DNA from: Hypanus sabinus
Taxonomy: Eukaryota
Length of the DNA stretch: 64,000 nucleotides
Direction: 5' to 3'
NCBI RefSeq assembly: GCF_030144855.1
Contig: NC_082710.1
Coordinates: 170,686,001 to 170,750,000, forward strand
In this document: one piece after another, positions 1 to 13,686 of the stretch
How the letters are laid out: each line of letters starts with the position of its first letter
How positions within the stretch are numbered: the stretch's first letter is position 1
Program-made: the position numbers and the translations under genes
The notes under the pieces: generated by a model
Told to the model about the DNA's origin: nothing
What the model saw: the letters and a program-made list of their open reading frames with translations, nothing else
Database searches by the model: none

Positions 1-1050
1 GGGGGTGAAGGAGCGTTGTCGGTTCTTTCATTCTCAACTTCATCACGGAGTTGCGAGGATAAATTGTCTTCCTCGTATGGATGTGATGCAGTCGTGCCTC
101 CCTGAGGTTCCTCATGGCTTGGGATGTTATCGAATATGTATGGAGGGGAAGAACAAGCCTACCTGTCTATTTGAGATCAGACATAGTCGATTGTGCATTC
201 CAATCTGGTCCTTTCTGAAATAGATCTTACTTCGGCCAGATCATGCATTCCTTCAGCTTCTTCTATGTACTCTGCTTCCGCCTTGGCAGCTTCTTCTTCT
301 CCTTCGAGCTGCAGCACTTGCAACTTTGTCGACATCCTTGCCATTTCCTTCTGGATTTCGGGTTCTCTTGCAGCCCTTTCCTTCTGGATTTCGGCTTCTT
401 TGGCGGTCGCTTCCATTTTCAATTTTGCTAGTCGCTTGGCGTAGTCCACCCGCACATGGGCAGCATCTGCCTTTGCTCTTGCCTGGGCGGCCTTACTTGC
501 TGATGCCCTACTGCCCTTGTCGCTGGGCGGCATCGACTTGATGCTGGATCGAGATGACATTGCAGCACTTGAAACACCTGATAATGTCGCTTTTTCACTG
601 TAGCGTTCTCGTTCGGGTGTAAGTGATAACGCCGAATTAAACGCCGAGATAAACCATATGTTAATGTGAAGAGTGAACAGTAAATGGTTAATCTTACTGC
701 GACCTGGTTCTCATTGACTGTGGTTTATCTCGGCGTTTAATTCGGCGTTATCACTTACACCTGAACGAGAACGCTACAGTGAAAAAGCGTTGCTCTCACT
801 GTGATTTCTCATGCTTGCAAAACAACCTCTGCTCAGGTCTGCCTTGTGGTGAGCCCCCACCCTCGCGTCGATCTCAAACCGGTCTTTTCCCACAAGACGC
901 GGCGAAACCGGATGTGACGTCATAACGTGCCGATATATTTTACAGGCAGTGAATATACTTTAAACACTTCGAATTCTAACTAGAAAATACTAACAAATGA
1001 ATTACTAAGCGAAAATATTATAAACTAAATAACTGTCATAAAGACAACAC
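1..1050 (-). mobile_element. 5' part of a BEL/Pao-like LTR retrotransposon (gag N-terminus plus probable LTR/leader)
   Basis: ORF 177-560(-) begins MSSRSSIKS...SRASASKAAQARAKA followed by an E/K/A-rich coiled coil, resembling BEL/Pao gag N-termini. The clade call is from resemblance only, and the 1050 boundary is approximate. Confidence 0.5.
588..789. repeat. 69-bp inverted repeat (588-656 / 721-789) with a 64-bp spacer
   Basis: cgctttttcactgtagcgttctcgttcgggtgtaagtgataacgccgaattaaacgccgagataaacca is the reverse complement of 721-789 with one mismatch. Confidence 0.95.
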
Positions 1051-1054
1051 AAAC

Positions 1055-4000
1055 TGATAAAATTAATGCAGGGTAAGATGTTCATTTTAATGACTGATAT
1101 ACAGGCTGGGACTAATGCTGGCAGGTCTCCATCTATTAATATCTATTTTTTTCAAAATTAAAGAGTAATTTGTTTTAGCCACAGATGATAGGGAAGTATT
1201 AACTTTAATACCCAAGGAGTGGACCTCATTTGTCACCATAATTTGTAGAGGGAGAGACACCTTACTTTTATCTGTATTAATAAGCATCAGTGCTGATTTT
1301 GACAAATTAACTTTGTATCCTGAAAGAAATCCAAATTGCTCCAGTCTTTTTAAAACATAGGGGAGAGTTTGTTGAACATTTGCCATATAAACTAGCGTGT
1401 TATCCACGTAAGGTGATATCGAATGTGATGTTGTACCTATTGTAATAGGGGAGATCTAAGGACAGTTTCTAATTAACAGTGCAAGCAGTTCAATAGATAT
1501 AGTAAAAATTAAAGAAGATAAATGGTCCCCTTGTAGTGTGCCCTGTCCTATGTCAAATAACTCTGAGAAACCTCCTCCCACACATACCCGGGCTGAAGGA
1601 TGAGCATAGAATGTTTGAATCATATTGATAAATTTATCGCTGAACTTAAATTCTTTAAGAACTCTCCAAAGATATGGCCATTCAAGAGGATCTTTTTCCC
1701 CAAACGCTTTTACGGCATTTAGAAATAGCAGGCCACAGGCAGGTGGGATTTTATGTGTTGCACTCGGTATGTGTAAGAGCCGGCAAATATTATCAGATGC
1801 GAGACGCCCCTTGACAAAGCCCGTTTGATCTGGGTTAATTATTTTTCCAGCTACTGTCTCAAGTCTACTGGCTAAGACTTTGGAAAATATCTTGAGGTCA
1901 GCATTTATCAAGGAAATTGGACGGTAACTGGCACACTCCAAGGGGTCCTTACCGGGCTTAGTTATAACTGTGATCAGGGCTGTGTTTAGATCTCTATGGA
2001 AAACGCCATTTCCAATAGCATAATTTAATGTTTCTAACCATACCAGTCCAAGAATATCCCAAAGTGCTCGGTAAAGTTCCACAGGTATGCCATCTATACC
2101 TGGCAACGGTCCTTATTTGTAGCTTTGACTGCTTTAAGTAGCTCATCCAGTGTAATAGGAGAGTCTAGAGTTTTGGTGTCCTCTAATGACAATGTAGGGA
2201 GGTCTAATCCACTGAAAAAATCTGTGAAGTCATTCTCAGAAAGAACTGAGCCACTTGCATACAGTTCTTTAAAGTAATTCTTGAATGTCTCATTTATTTC
2301 CTTTGTTGAAGATACTACTCCACATTTAGCACATGTAATTGCTGGTATAGACCTTTTAGCTTCCTGTTGTTTGAGCGTTAGTGCCAAAAGATGGCTCGGT
2401 CTGCTGCCTTCTGCATAATACTTATGTTTGGTTAAATGGATCACATATTCTGCCCTGCTTCTTAATAAGTCATTTAATTCTGCTTGTTTTGTTTTGAGCT
2501 TGTTTTCTTTTGTTATGGTGTATCTCCTTCTGAGATCATTCTCCAAAACCTTACATTGTTTTTCTAGGGTGAAAATTTTTTGTAGCCGGCGTTTATGTAG
2601 ATGGGCACTGAACCATATGGCGTTATTTCGTAAGAAACTCTTGATGGAGGCCCAAATCACTGTCACATCTGAGACACTATTTTTATTTAAATTTATAAAT
2701 TCTGTCAGTTTTCTTCTCAGTTGTGATAGAAATTCATCGTTTTTTAGAAGAGTGGAGATAAACCTCCACCTATTTTTAATTTTGCCATAATTACAAGTAG
2801 ATATGACTGGGTTGTGATCAAATAGATGTCTGGGCACAAATTCTATTGAGTGTACTAAAGGCAGCAGACAGGAGGACATAAGAATGTAATCTATCTGAGA
2901 GAAAGTTTTATGTCTTGTGAAGAAGAAGGTATAGTCTTTAACAGATGGATTATGCAGCCTCCACACATCAGTTGAATTTAAACCCGTTAGAAAAAGTTTA
3001 AGCGCTTTGGAAGCAGATTCTTGAGAGCTTGATATAGTTGAAGAAGATTTATCGAGGTTAATGTTTACCAAAGCATTCATGTCCGAACCAACATATAGTT
3101 GGTAGTCACTTAACTTCAGTAACTGTGAGGTAATTGAGGGAAAAAAATCAACTTCGAAAATAGTTGGGGCATATAGGCTAATGAATGCAACTTTTTTACC
3201 CTGAATGGATGTACAGCAGAAAGCTAGACGTCCTTTATTGTCGGCACCAGACATTTCAATTGCTACATTAATACTACGTCTCATTAATATCATAACTTTT
3301 TTGGTACGAGTACCATCAGCTGATGCCACAATGGGTTTATAAAAGCGGTTTTGAACCCTGGTAATGTCATTAGGTTTAAGATGTGTTTCCTGTAATAGCG
3401 CGATATCTATTTTCTTCCTGCTTAAGAAATCTAAAACCTTTGAACGCTTGTAGATTCAGTTTAATCCTTTAACATTAAATGGTACAACAGTAAGATTTTC
3501 TAATTTATCTGTGTTGCTCATCTTCCCCTGGATCTGTTGTTGTAAGTTGGTGTTGGAGCCCCGAGTTACCCCCCTTCCCACCCCACCTCCCATCACCCCT
3601 CATATTCAACCCTTTACTTTGTAACATCTGTGAGTGTCACTTAGCAATGTCAGACACCGACCACTGACATTAACTGCCCCCCCTCTAGCAACAACAAATT
3701 AGAAAGGTAAAGCAGTTCTCATAGACAATTATATCAAAGAGCCAAGAAAAAAAAACCTGGACAAACCCATTAGCCTATATAATTAAAACCATTTCTTTCT
3801 CAAATATAGTATAACACATTATCAAGACCCCAACATCTCTCTAGTGAGAAACTGTCACTTTAACAGATCGTCGCTTGGCGATGGCTCCCGTGTTATCTTA
3901 TCTGATGCCCAGTAACATAAACAAGTCTATTGGAGACATAACATTCTAAAGTTATTCTAAACAAACTGCTGTTTTTCAGCTTCATTCTTGATTAAGTATG

Positions 4001-7000
4001 ACAATTGAACATAGAACATAGAATTGTACAGCACATTACAGGCCCTTCGGCCCACAATGTTGTGCCGACCCTCAAACGCTGCCTCCCATATAACACCCCA
4101 ACTTAAATTCCTCCATATACCTGTCTAGTAGTCTCTTAAATCTCACTAGTGTATGTACCTCCACCACTGACTCAGGCAGTGCATTCCGCGCACCAACCAC
4201 TCTCTGAGTGAAAAACCTTCCTCTAATATCCCCCTTGAACTTCCCTCCCCTTACCTTAAAGCCATTTCCTCTTATACTGAGCAGTGGTACACTGGGGAAG
4301 AGGCGTTGGCTGTCCACTCCGTCTATTCCTCTGAATATCTTGTACATCTCTATCATGTCTCCTCTCATCCTCCTTCTCTGCAAAGAGTAAAGCCCTAGCT
4401 CCCTTAATTTCTGATCATAATCCATACTCTCTAAACCAGGCAGTATCCTGTTAAATCACCTCTGTACCCTTTCCAATGCTTCCACATCCTTTCCACTGAG
4501 GCAACCAGAACTGGACACAGTACTCCAAATGTGGCCTAACTAGAGTTTTATAGAGCTGCATCATTACATCACGTCTCTTAAACTCTATCCCTCTACTTAT
4601 GAAAGCTAACACCCCAAAAGCTTTCTTAACTACCCTATCTACCTGTGAGGCAACTTTCAGGAATCTGTGGACATGTACCCCTAGATCTCTCTGCTCCTCC
4701 ACACTACCAAGTATCCTGCCATTTACTTTGTACTCTGCCTTGGAGTTTGTCCTTCCAAAGTGTACCACCTCACACTTCTGCGGGTTGAACTCCATCTGCC
4801 ACTTCTCAGCCCACTTCTGCATCCTAGCAATGTCTCTCTGCAATCTTTGACAATCCTCTACACTATCTACAACACCACCAACCTTTATGTCATCTGCTAA
4901 CTTGCCAACCCACCCTTCTACCCCCACATCCAGGTCGTTAATAAAAATCACAAAAAGTAGAGGTCCCAGAACCGATCCTTGTGGACACCACTAGACACAA
5001 CCCTCCAATCTGAATGTACTCCCTCCCCCCCGACCCTCTGCCTTCTGCAGGCAAGCCAATTCTGAATCCACCTGGACAAACTTCCCTGGATCCCATGCCT
5101 TCTGACTTTCTGAATAAGCCTACCATGTGGAACCTTGTCAAATGCCTTACTAAAATCCATGTAGATCACATCCACTACACTACCCTCATCTATATGCCTG
5201 GTCACCTCCTCGAAGAACTCTATCAGGCTTGTTAGACACAATCTGCCCTTCACAAAGCCATGCTGACCATCCCTGATCAGACCATGATTCTCTAAATGCC
5301 CATAGATCCTATCTCTAAGAATCTTTTCCAACAGCTTTCCCACCACAGACATAAGGCTCACTGGTCTGTAATTACCTGGACTATCCCTACTACCTTTTTT
5401 GAACAAGGGGACAACATTCACCTCCCTCCAATCCTCTGGTACCATTCCCATGGACAATGAGGACATAAAGATCCTAGCCAGAGGTTCAGCAATCTCTTCC
5501 CTTGCCTCGTGGAGCAGCCGGGGGAATAATCTATCAGGCCCCGGGGACTTATCCGTCCTAATGTATTTTAACAACTCCAACACCTCCTCTCCCTTAATAT
5601 CAACATTCTCCAGAATATCAATCTCACTCATATTGTCTTCACCGTCATCAAATTCCCTCTCAGTGGTGAATACCGAAGAGAAGTATTCATTGAGGACCTC
5701 GCTCACTTCCACAGCCTCCAAGCACATCTTCCCACTTTTATCTCTAATCGGTCCTACCTTCACTCCAGTCATCCTTTTGTTCTTCACATAATTGAAGAAC
5801 GCCTTGGGGTTTTCCTTCACCAAGGCCTATTCATGCCCCCTTCTTGCTCTTCTCAGTCCCTTCTTAAGCTCCTTTCTTGCTACCCTATATTCCTCAATAG
5901 ACCCATCTGATCCTTGCTTCCTAAACCTCATGTATACTGCCTTCTTCCACCTGACTAGATTTTCCAATTCACTTGTCACCCATGGTTCCTTCATCCTACC
6001 ATTCTTTATCTTCCTCACAGAGACAAATTTATCACTAACATCCTGCAAGAGATCCTTAAACATCGACCACATGTCCATAGTACATTTCCCTGAAAAAACA
6101 TCATCCCAGTTCACACCCACACATTCTAGCCTTATAGCCTCATAATTTGCCATTCCCCAATTAAAAATTTTCCTGTCCTCTCTGATTCTATCTTTTTCCA
6201 TGATAATGCTAAAGGTCAGGGAGCGGTGATCACTGTCCCCCAGATGCTCACCCACTGACAGATCTGTGACCTGACCTGGTTCATTACCTAATACTAGATC
6301 TAGTATGGCATTCCCCCTAGTCGGCCTGTCAACATACTGTGACAGGAATCCATCCTGGACACACTTAACAAACTCTGCCCCATCTAAACCCTTGGAACTA
6401 ATCAAGTGCAAATCAATATTAGGGAATTTAAAGTCACCCATGATAACAACCATGTTATTTTTGCACCTTTCCAAAATCTGCCTCCCAATTTGCTCCTCGG
6501 TATCTCTGTTGATGCCGGGGCCTATAGAATTCCCACAGTAGAGTAACTGCTCCCTTCTTGTTCCTGACTTCCACCCATACTGACTCAAAAGAGGATCCTG
6601 CTACATTACCCACCCTTTCTGCAGCTGTAATAGTATCCCTGACCAGTAATGCCACCCCCCTCCCCTTTTTCTCCCCTCTCTATCCCTTTTAAAGCACTGA
6701 AATCCAGTAATATTGAGAATCCATTCCTGCCCTGGTGCCAGCCAAGTCTCTGTAATGGCCACTACATCATAATTCCATGTATGTATCCAAACTCTCAGTT
6801 CATCACCTTTGTTCCTGATACTTCTTGCATTGAAGTACACACATTTTAGCCCTTCTATCTTACTACTTTATACCCTTTATTCTGCTGCTCTTTCCTCAAA
6901 GCCTGTCTATATGTTAGATCTGGCTTTACATCAGGCACTTCTTTCACTGCTCTATCACTCTGGGTCCCATCCCCCTTGCAAATTAGTTTAAACAATTGGG

Positions 7001-8226
7001 TATATTGAATATCACCTTAAAACTCTGACCTGCAATACTCAGAAACAAATTGGCCCCTTAATTAACTAAATACAAAAGTGCAACGAATGACTTTCCAATA
7101 AAAGAATAAGCAGACAACTTCACACCTAGAACGTTAACTTGCCCGTGCCTGTTAAATTGCGCATACAGGCTAGTCCAAGCTCTTAATGCAGTTCCATCTC
7201 CTCCGGAGGGGCGGGTGGACTTTGTCCAGGGTCTTCTTCCATATCTCCCAGCACCGATAATTTCAGAGCTTCTTTCGCTTCCTCTGCTGAGTTGAACTAC
7301 ATCTTCATGCCCTTGATATTCACTCTCAAAATCGCCGGGTATAAGAGAAATGAGTAGTTCCCCTTCTGTCGAAACTTAGCGTGGATCTCCTTGTATCCTT
7401 GCCGTTCCTGTGTTGTGCCAGCGTTGTAGTCGGTGAAGAACTGCAGCTGGGTGCCAACAGGGAGAGTAGGTTTGGCTTTCCTCGCGCCCTGCCGGTCGGT
7501 GTACCATAGAAGTCTAAAAATCGTGGTCTGCTGTCTTGCGGAGGTGTTGGAAAAGATCCTATGTGCTCTATTGATCTCCGATGGAGTGCTGTGGGAATTC
7601 TTGAGCACTGGAATCCAATTAGCGAGCATCTTCTGGAGGTAACCTCTTGGATCATCGACCTCAGCGCCTGTCGGTAGGTTGACCAGCCGCACATTGTTTC
7701 TCCTGGATCTGTCCTCCAAGTCATTTAGCTTCTTCCATATCTTAGTCACCTCCGCGAGACAGGAATTGTAATTTTCTCATTCTTGCCTAAGCAAACCTGA
7801 ATGTTGTCTCTTTTGTTGAAGACCCTGCTAAGTTTTTTAGCATGAATATCCGTCTGTTCCTTTAATGACCGGAGAATGTTACCATTCTCTGCCATATGCT
7901 TCTGTATGGGGTCGAGAGCCTTTTCCAGCGACTCCTTTAGCATGTGGGCTACCGTTTCTTGCAGGGATTCCATCTCCGTTGCCATTGTTTGCTAAATTAG
8001 CATAGCTATTTCCTTGGATGAATCACTAGCTTGATGTCGTCTGCTGGTATCTTGTTTCCTGGTTGAGTTTGAACCTTTTCTTTGAGGCCATGTCTTTAGT
8101 AAGATCTTTCTCCAACTCAACCTTGTATTAAGACCATCTATGAGCCCTAAGGAACTTGAAAAGGGAGGGTTATATGTTAGCGCTCAGTGCTGTGCTGCTA
8201 TCTTGCCTCATGCCCGACCGGAAGTC
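1055..8226 (-). mobile_element. Degraded L1/Tx1-clade LINE (ORF1 about 7297-7985; ORF2 about 1087-3521), 3'-truncated and interrupted by a CR1
   Basis: ORF1-like LNDLEDRSRRNNVRLVNLP and EINRAHRI; APE endonuclease segment (2094-3329, SDMNA, QIDYIL, DHNPV); RT segments YRPISLINADLKIFSKVLASRL, QTGFVKGR, QGDHLS (1456-2106); multiple frameshifts. Confidence 0.9.
4008..6991 (-). mobile_element. 5'-truncated CR1 LINE (endonuclease-RT ORF2, frameshifted) inserted in the L1
   Basis: ORFs 4072-6840(-) contain NARSIRNK, DLVLGNEP, GNYRPVSL, QHGFVKGR, YMDFSKAFDKVPH and HLEYCVQFW. The 3' tail appears as (gaacata)n at 4007-4025. Candidate TSD acaattg at 4001-4007 and 6992-6998. Confidence 0.92.
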
Positions 8227-8304
8227 AGGCTTTTAATTTTCATTGTTAGAATTATACAAACAGGAGAATAACAAAAGAGATTCAACCTAGAAAAAGGGGA
8301 GGGT

Positions 8305-8480
8305 GTGGTCCCAAATCAAACCTGGCAGATGGAGTTCAACCCAGGTAAGTGTGAAGTGGTTCAGTTTGGTAAGACAAGTTTGAAGACAGAATGTAATATT
8401 AATGGTAAGGCTCTTGGCAGTGTGGAGGATCTGAGAGATCTTGGGGTCCATGTCCATAGGACACTCAAAGCTGCTGTGCA
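8305..8480 (+). mobile_element. CR1 RT fragment
   Basis: WQMEFNPGKCEVVQFG...[11 protein letters not shown]. Confidence 0.8.
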
Positions 8481-10600
8481 GGTACAGTTCCCAAACCAGG
8501 CAGTGATGCAGTCAGTCAGGATGCTCTCAGTTGTGCTCCTGCAGAAAGTTCTAAGGATTTGGGTGTCCATACCAAACTTCCTCAACCGTCTGAGGTGAAA
8601 GAATCAAGTCGCTTTTTATTGTCATTTCAACCATAACTGCTGGTACAGTACACAGTAAAAATGAAACAATGTTCCTCCAGGACCCTGGTGCTACATGAAA
8701 CAACACAAAAATACACTAGACTTCAGGCCTACACAAGACAGTGCAAGATGGTACAATAATTATATAAACAAGACAATAGGCACAGTAAAGGGCAAATTAC
8801 AACATAATAATAAATGATGTAAATGTAAACAATGTTTTAACAGAAATTGAAAAAGAAATGAGCAAAAATTGCAAAAGGAGTGGAGTGGTGTTCAGTTGAG
8901 TGTGTTTGTGTGTGTGTAGGTTGGTGTCAGACTAGACTCTGGTAATTGAGCAGTCTAATAGCTTGGGGGAAGAAACTGTTACATAGTCTGGTCCTGAGAG
9001 CCTGAATGCTTTGGTACCTTTTGCCGGAGGGCAGGAGGGAGAAGAGTTTGTATGAGGGGTGTGCAAAGCTAACAATACTGTTAGCTTTGCAGATACAGCA
9101 TATGGTGTAAATGTCTGTAATGATGATCCCTTCAGCTGACCTCTCTATCCGCTGCAGGGTCTTACGATCCAAGATGCTGCAATTTCTAAACCAGGCAGTG
9201 ATGCAGCTGCTCAGGATACTCTCAATACAACCCCTGTAGAATATGATGAGGATGGGGGCATGAGACGGACTTTCCTCAGCCTTCGTATAAGTAGAGACAC
9301 TGCTGGGCTTTCTTTGCTATGGTGCTGGTGTTGAGGGATCAGTTGAGATTCTCCACCAGGTGAACACCAAGGAATTTGGTGCTCTTAAAGATCTCTACGG
9401 AGGAGCCATCAATGCTCAGCGGAGGTGCTATTGTGCCTTTTTCACCACACAGCTGGTGTGTACAGACCACAAGAGGTCCTTGGTGATGTGGATGCCGAGG
9501 AACTTGAAGCTGCTTACCCTCTCAACCCTAGAAGCATTGATGTCAATAGGGATTAGCCCATCTCCATTCCTCCTGTAGTCCACAACCAGCTCCTTTGTTT
9601 ATGTGACATTGAGGGAGAGGTTGTTTTCTTGACACCACTGTGTCAGAGAGAATGACTTCTTCCTTGTAGGCCACCTCATTATTGTTTGGGATAAAGCTAA
9701 TCAATGTAGTGTCGTCAGCAAATTCAAATAGCAGATTGGAGCTGTGGGTGGGAATACAGTCATGGGTATACAGGCAGTAAAGGAGGGGATTCAGAATGCA
9801 GCCCTGAAGGGCTCCTGTGTTGAGAGTCAGAGGGTTGGAGGTGAAGGAGCCCACTATTAACCTGCTGGCGATCTGACAGGAAGTCCAGGATCCAGCTGCA
9901 AAAGGCAGGGTCAAGGCCGAGGTCTCTGAGCTTCTTGTCGAGCTTGGATTGAACTACGTTGTTGAATGCTGAACTGTAGTCCAAGAACAGCATTCTCACA
10001 TAAGCATCCTTCTTCTCCAGATGTGTAAGGACGGTGTGTAGAGCTGTGGCTATTGTATCATCCATCTATCGGTTGTGTCAGGAGGTGAATTGTAAGTGGT
10101 CCAGTGTGGGTGGTAGAAAGCTGCAGATGTAGTCATTGACCAGCCTCTCGAAGCATTTGCTTGTTATTGAGCTGAGTGTGACTGAACGCTAGTCACTCCG
10201 GTATGCTACCTTGGTCTTTTTTGGTACAAGGACAATGGTAGATAATTTGAAACAGGAGGGCACTCTACACTGGGAGAGGGAGAGATTAAAAATATTAGTA
10301 AACACACGTGCCAGTTATGCCACACACATCCTGAGTACCCACCTTGGGATACCGTCTGGTCCCACATCCTTGCGACTGTCCATCTGTTCAAAATATCTTC
10401 GTACCTCAACCTCCGAGATGACCAGGTTGCAGCTTGTAGTGGTGGCCTTCCTCGGAAGCTCAGAGTTAGCGACATCGAACCTTGCATAAAAGTGATTGAG
10501 CTAATCTGGGAGAGTGGCCACAATGTTGGCGGCACCAAAACGTTTGGCTTTGAAGTCTGCGATGGTATGCAGCCCTCGCCACTGATGGTATCCCCCTCAG
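8480..10600 (-). mobile_element. Rex1/Babar-type LINE fragments (RT and C-terminal region)
   Basis: TALHTVLTHLEKKDAYVRMLFLDYSSAFN, QGCILNPLLYCLYTHDC, FADDTTL and ESILTDCITAWFGNC are typical Rex1/Babar RT motifs. Boundaries are approximate. Confidence 0.8.
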
Positions 10601-12540
10601 CAGTGCTACGGTAAAGGAGATAGAGTTGCGATTTCTACCTCCAAAACGCTCTCCCTCCGAGAGATCTGACACCTGACCAAGTTCACTTCCCAACACCAGA
10701 TCAAGTACAACCTCTCCTCTGGTTGATGCATTTACATATTGCACCAGTAACCCTTCCTGAACACACCTAACAAACTACCCCATCCAAACCCCTCGCTCCA
10801 AGGAGATGCCAGCCAATGTTTGGAAAGTTAAAATCACTTATCACAACAACCCTATTATTATTATTCCATTCCAGAATCTGCCTCCATATCTGCTCCTCCA
10901 TGTCTCTGTTACTACTGGGGGTCTATGAAAACACCCAGCAGAGCTATTGCGCCCTTTCAGTTTCTGTCTTCCACACTGACTCAGTGGAGAATCCCTCTAC
11001 TACTTCCTCCATTTCTGCAGCCGTGACACTATCCCTAATTAGCAATGCCACACTGCCACTTCTCCACTCTTTTTGAATCATCTAAAGCTCGACACGCTCA
11101 GCAGCCATTCCTGCCCCTGTACACAACGTCATAGTTCCATTATTGATCCACTCCTTAAGTTTATCTGCCTTATTTATGATATTCCTTGCATTTCAAACCA
11201 TCTGACTGAGTGCATCTTTGTTCTATCATCTGCCTATTCTTCCTCACAAACTCCCTACAAGATGTCTCTACTTGTGCACCAACCGCTTCATCCTCTGCCT
11301 TTTCACTTTGGTTCCACCCCCTTCAAATCTTGTTTAAACCCTCCCCAACAGCACTAGCAAATCTTCCTTCCGGAATATTGGTTGCCCTCCAGTCCAGTCA
11401 CCACTTCCCCGGAAGGATTCCGGTGATCTATGAACTTGAAACACTAATCCCTGTACCATCTCCTCAGCCATTCATTCTTCTGCACTGTCTTCCTGGCCCT
11501 GCCTAGCTCAAGGCACAGGGAGTAAACCAGAGGACATTGGAAGACCTACTCTTCAGCCTTCTTCCTAACTTCCTAATCTTACTGTACAGGACCTCTACCA
11601 CTCTCCTGCCTATGTCATTGCTCCAACATGTACCATGACCTCCAGCTCTCACCCTCCGTTTCAAGAATATTTGCAACTGCTCAGACCCATCTGACTCTAG
11701 CATCCGGGAGACAACACACTATCTTGGTGTCTCATTTGCTGCCACAGAATCTCCTATCTGTCCCTGTAACTATCGAGTCCTCTATGACTATCGCTCCGCC
11801 TGACTTCACCCTACACATCTGAGGCTCAGAGTTGACCACAGTGTATCAGTCTGGCTGCTGCTGCCTTGCCCAGATGGGTCATCCCCCTCATCAGTATCCA
11901 AAGGGGTATACCTGTTGCTGAGGGGAATGGCCACAGGGGGACCCTGCACTGACTTCTTTCTCTCTTTATTTCTGTATTCACCCATCTACTCCCTGAATTC
12001 TGCACTCTAGGTATAACCAGCTGCTCAAAAGTTTTATCTATCAATTTACCTCCCTGCCGATGATCCTTAGTTCATCCAGCTCCAGCTCCTGCTCTTTAAT
12101 GAGGTCTTTCAGGAGCTTTCAGATGTAGTCTTCAGGGAGACCATCAGGTTCCATGAATTTCCATATCCCACGTCTGCCATCCTGCCTGCACTGTACTATG
12201 GGCAGCCAAGACCAAATCAGCAATAACAAAAGGAAAAAACCAACCCTTCCTATTAGTTTCTTTGGCCTCAGCCTCTTCTCAACCCACTCTGACAATGGTC
12301 ACTCCGCTAGACCCTATCTCTCTTTTATGGTTTAAAAAATAAGAAAGATCCCCACATAAGGTGAAAGAACTCACCACGTCTGGTGGTGCTACGCCTGCCT
12401 TCCACTGGTGACGGTGCCTCCAACACTTCCCGCTCCTGTGAACTGGCTACGGTTTTTAAGAAAAATCCTCAACAAGGAGAAGGAACTCATCGCATTTGGT
12501 GGCGCTCCGCCTGCCTTATGCTGCTGCTGATGCCTCTGAA
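10600..12540 (-). mobile_element. Old CR1 remnant (endonuclease N-terminus, ORF1/5' region)
   Basis: QYVNASTRGEVVLDLVLGSELGQVSDLS in ORF 10466-10744(-). The upstream sequence resembles the 5' part of the CR1 at 52200-53400. Confidence 0.65.
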
Positions 12541-12609
12541 ATGATAAAGGTTTATCACTAATTCAAGAAACAGACAGAGCAGACAATTGATATCATTGTC
12601 ACAGGGGAT

Positions 12610-12860
12610 GATGTCTAATTCCAGAGGGCATGAATTTAAAGTGGGAGGGTATGTTCAAAGGAGAAATGTAGGCAAGTATTTTCACAGACAGATACAATAG
12701 GGCATTGAACAGGCTCTTAAACAGGCACATGGGTGTGCCGGAAATGAGGGATACGGACGCTATGTTGGGAAGGGTTAGCCTAATTGGACATTTGGTCACC
12801 AATTGGTTCGGCGCAACATTGTTTACTGAAGGGCCCATTACTGTACAGTACTGTCTAATG
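12610..12860 (+). mobile_element. CR1 3' end fragment
   Basis: agagggcatgaatttaaagtg...ttcacaga...gaagggcccattactgtacagtactgtctaatgt resembles the other CR1 3' ends in the window. Confidence 0.6.
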
Positions 12861-13356
12861 TATTTAAAATAGTAACTACTGAACTGTCCAGTCCATAGCC
12901 CAATCACACTCTTTGTTAAAACATTTCTGCTCACGATTTACCACCTCATTCTTTCAAAGTTTCTACCCCCAATGCCAACTCTGCCTGATGCCAGGATCAG
13001 AACGAGAAACAGGTTTAATATCACCGGCATATGTCGTGAAATTTGTTCACTGAAGCAGCAATACAATACATGATAATATAGAAAAGATAATAAATAAATA
13101 GATCAATTACAGGAAGTATAAATCTGTGTGTTTATTTATATGTATATTAAACAGTTAAATTTAAAAATTGGGCAAAAACAGAACTAATAAAAAAATGAAA
13201 CAATGATTTCATCCTCCTTTAAACTCTGGTACCGACGATTGACAACAAACAATCTCGAATGTTGAATGTGTCCGGTCTTTAACACTGGGCCTTAATTCTC
13301 ACCCCAATGACCAACTTCTAAACAGGAGGCATTGAATTTCTCCTTTCCCACTGCAG

Positions 13357-13686
13357 GAAAAAGCAGGAGCTTCATGGTTACGCAAGGCCAGTCCAGTATA
13401 TTTGTAGCTGAGGGTGAAACGGTCTTCATGGTCTGTAGCCATAATGCCAATCACTCCGGAGACACCCGGCTCTACAGCTGGTACAGGAACACATCTGAAG
13501 TCTCCAACAGGACGGCAGAGTATGCAGGGCGTGTCCTTGGGCCTGACCAGCAGAATTCCTTCAAAGCTTCCATTAAGCTGGTGGATGTGAGGGAGAGCGA
13601 TTCCGGAATGTACTACTGCAAAATACGGATAGACGGGATTGGCGAGGCAATTGGAGAAGGAGTACGGCTGATCGTGAGTCACACAC
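13357..13686 (+). CDS. NCR3: Gene 1 IgV (VJ-type) exon, phase 1-1
   Basis: Acceptor tcctttcccactgcag, donor ACAC|gtgagt. Translation KSRSFMVTQ...VCSHN...[18 protein letters not shown]...[33 protein letters not shown] has canonical Cys/Trp/Cys and resembles NKp30 EVRNGTPEFRGRL and CRVEVLGLGVGTGNGTRLVV. Confidence 0.9.

Noticed and set aside
12497-12545. atgctgctgctgatgcctctg as gene 1's leader
   Set aside because: It hits TGA after eight codons, has no phase-1 donor, and lies in CR1 5'-like repeat sequence.
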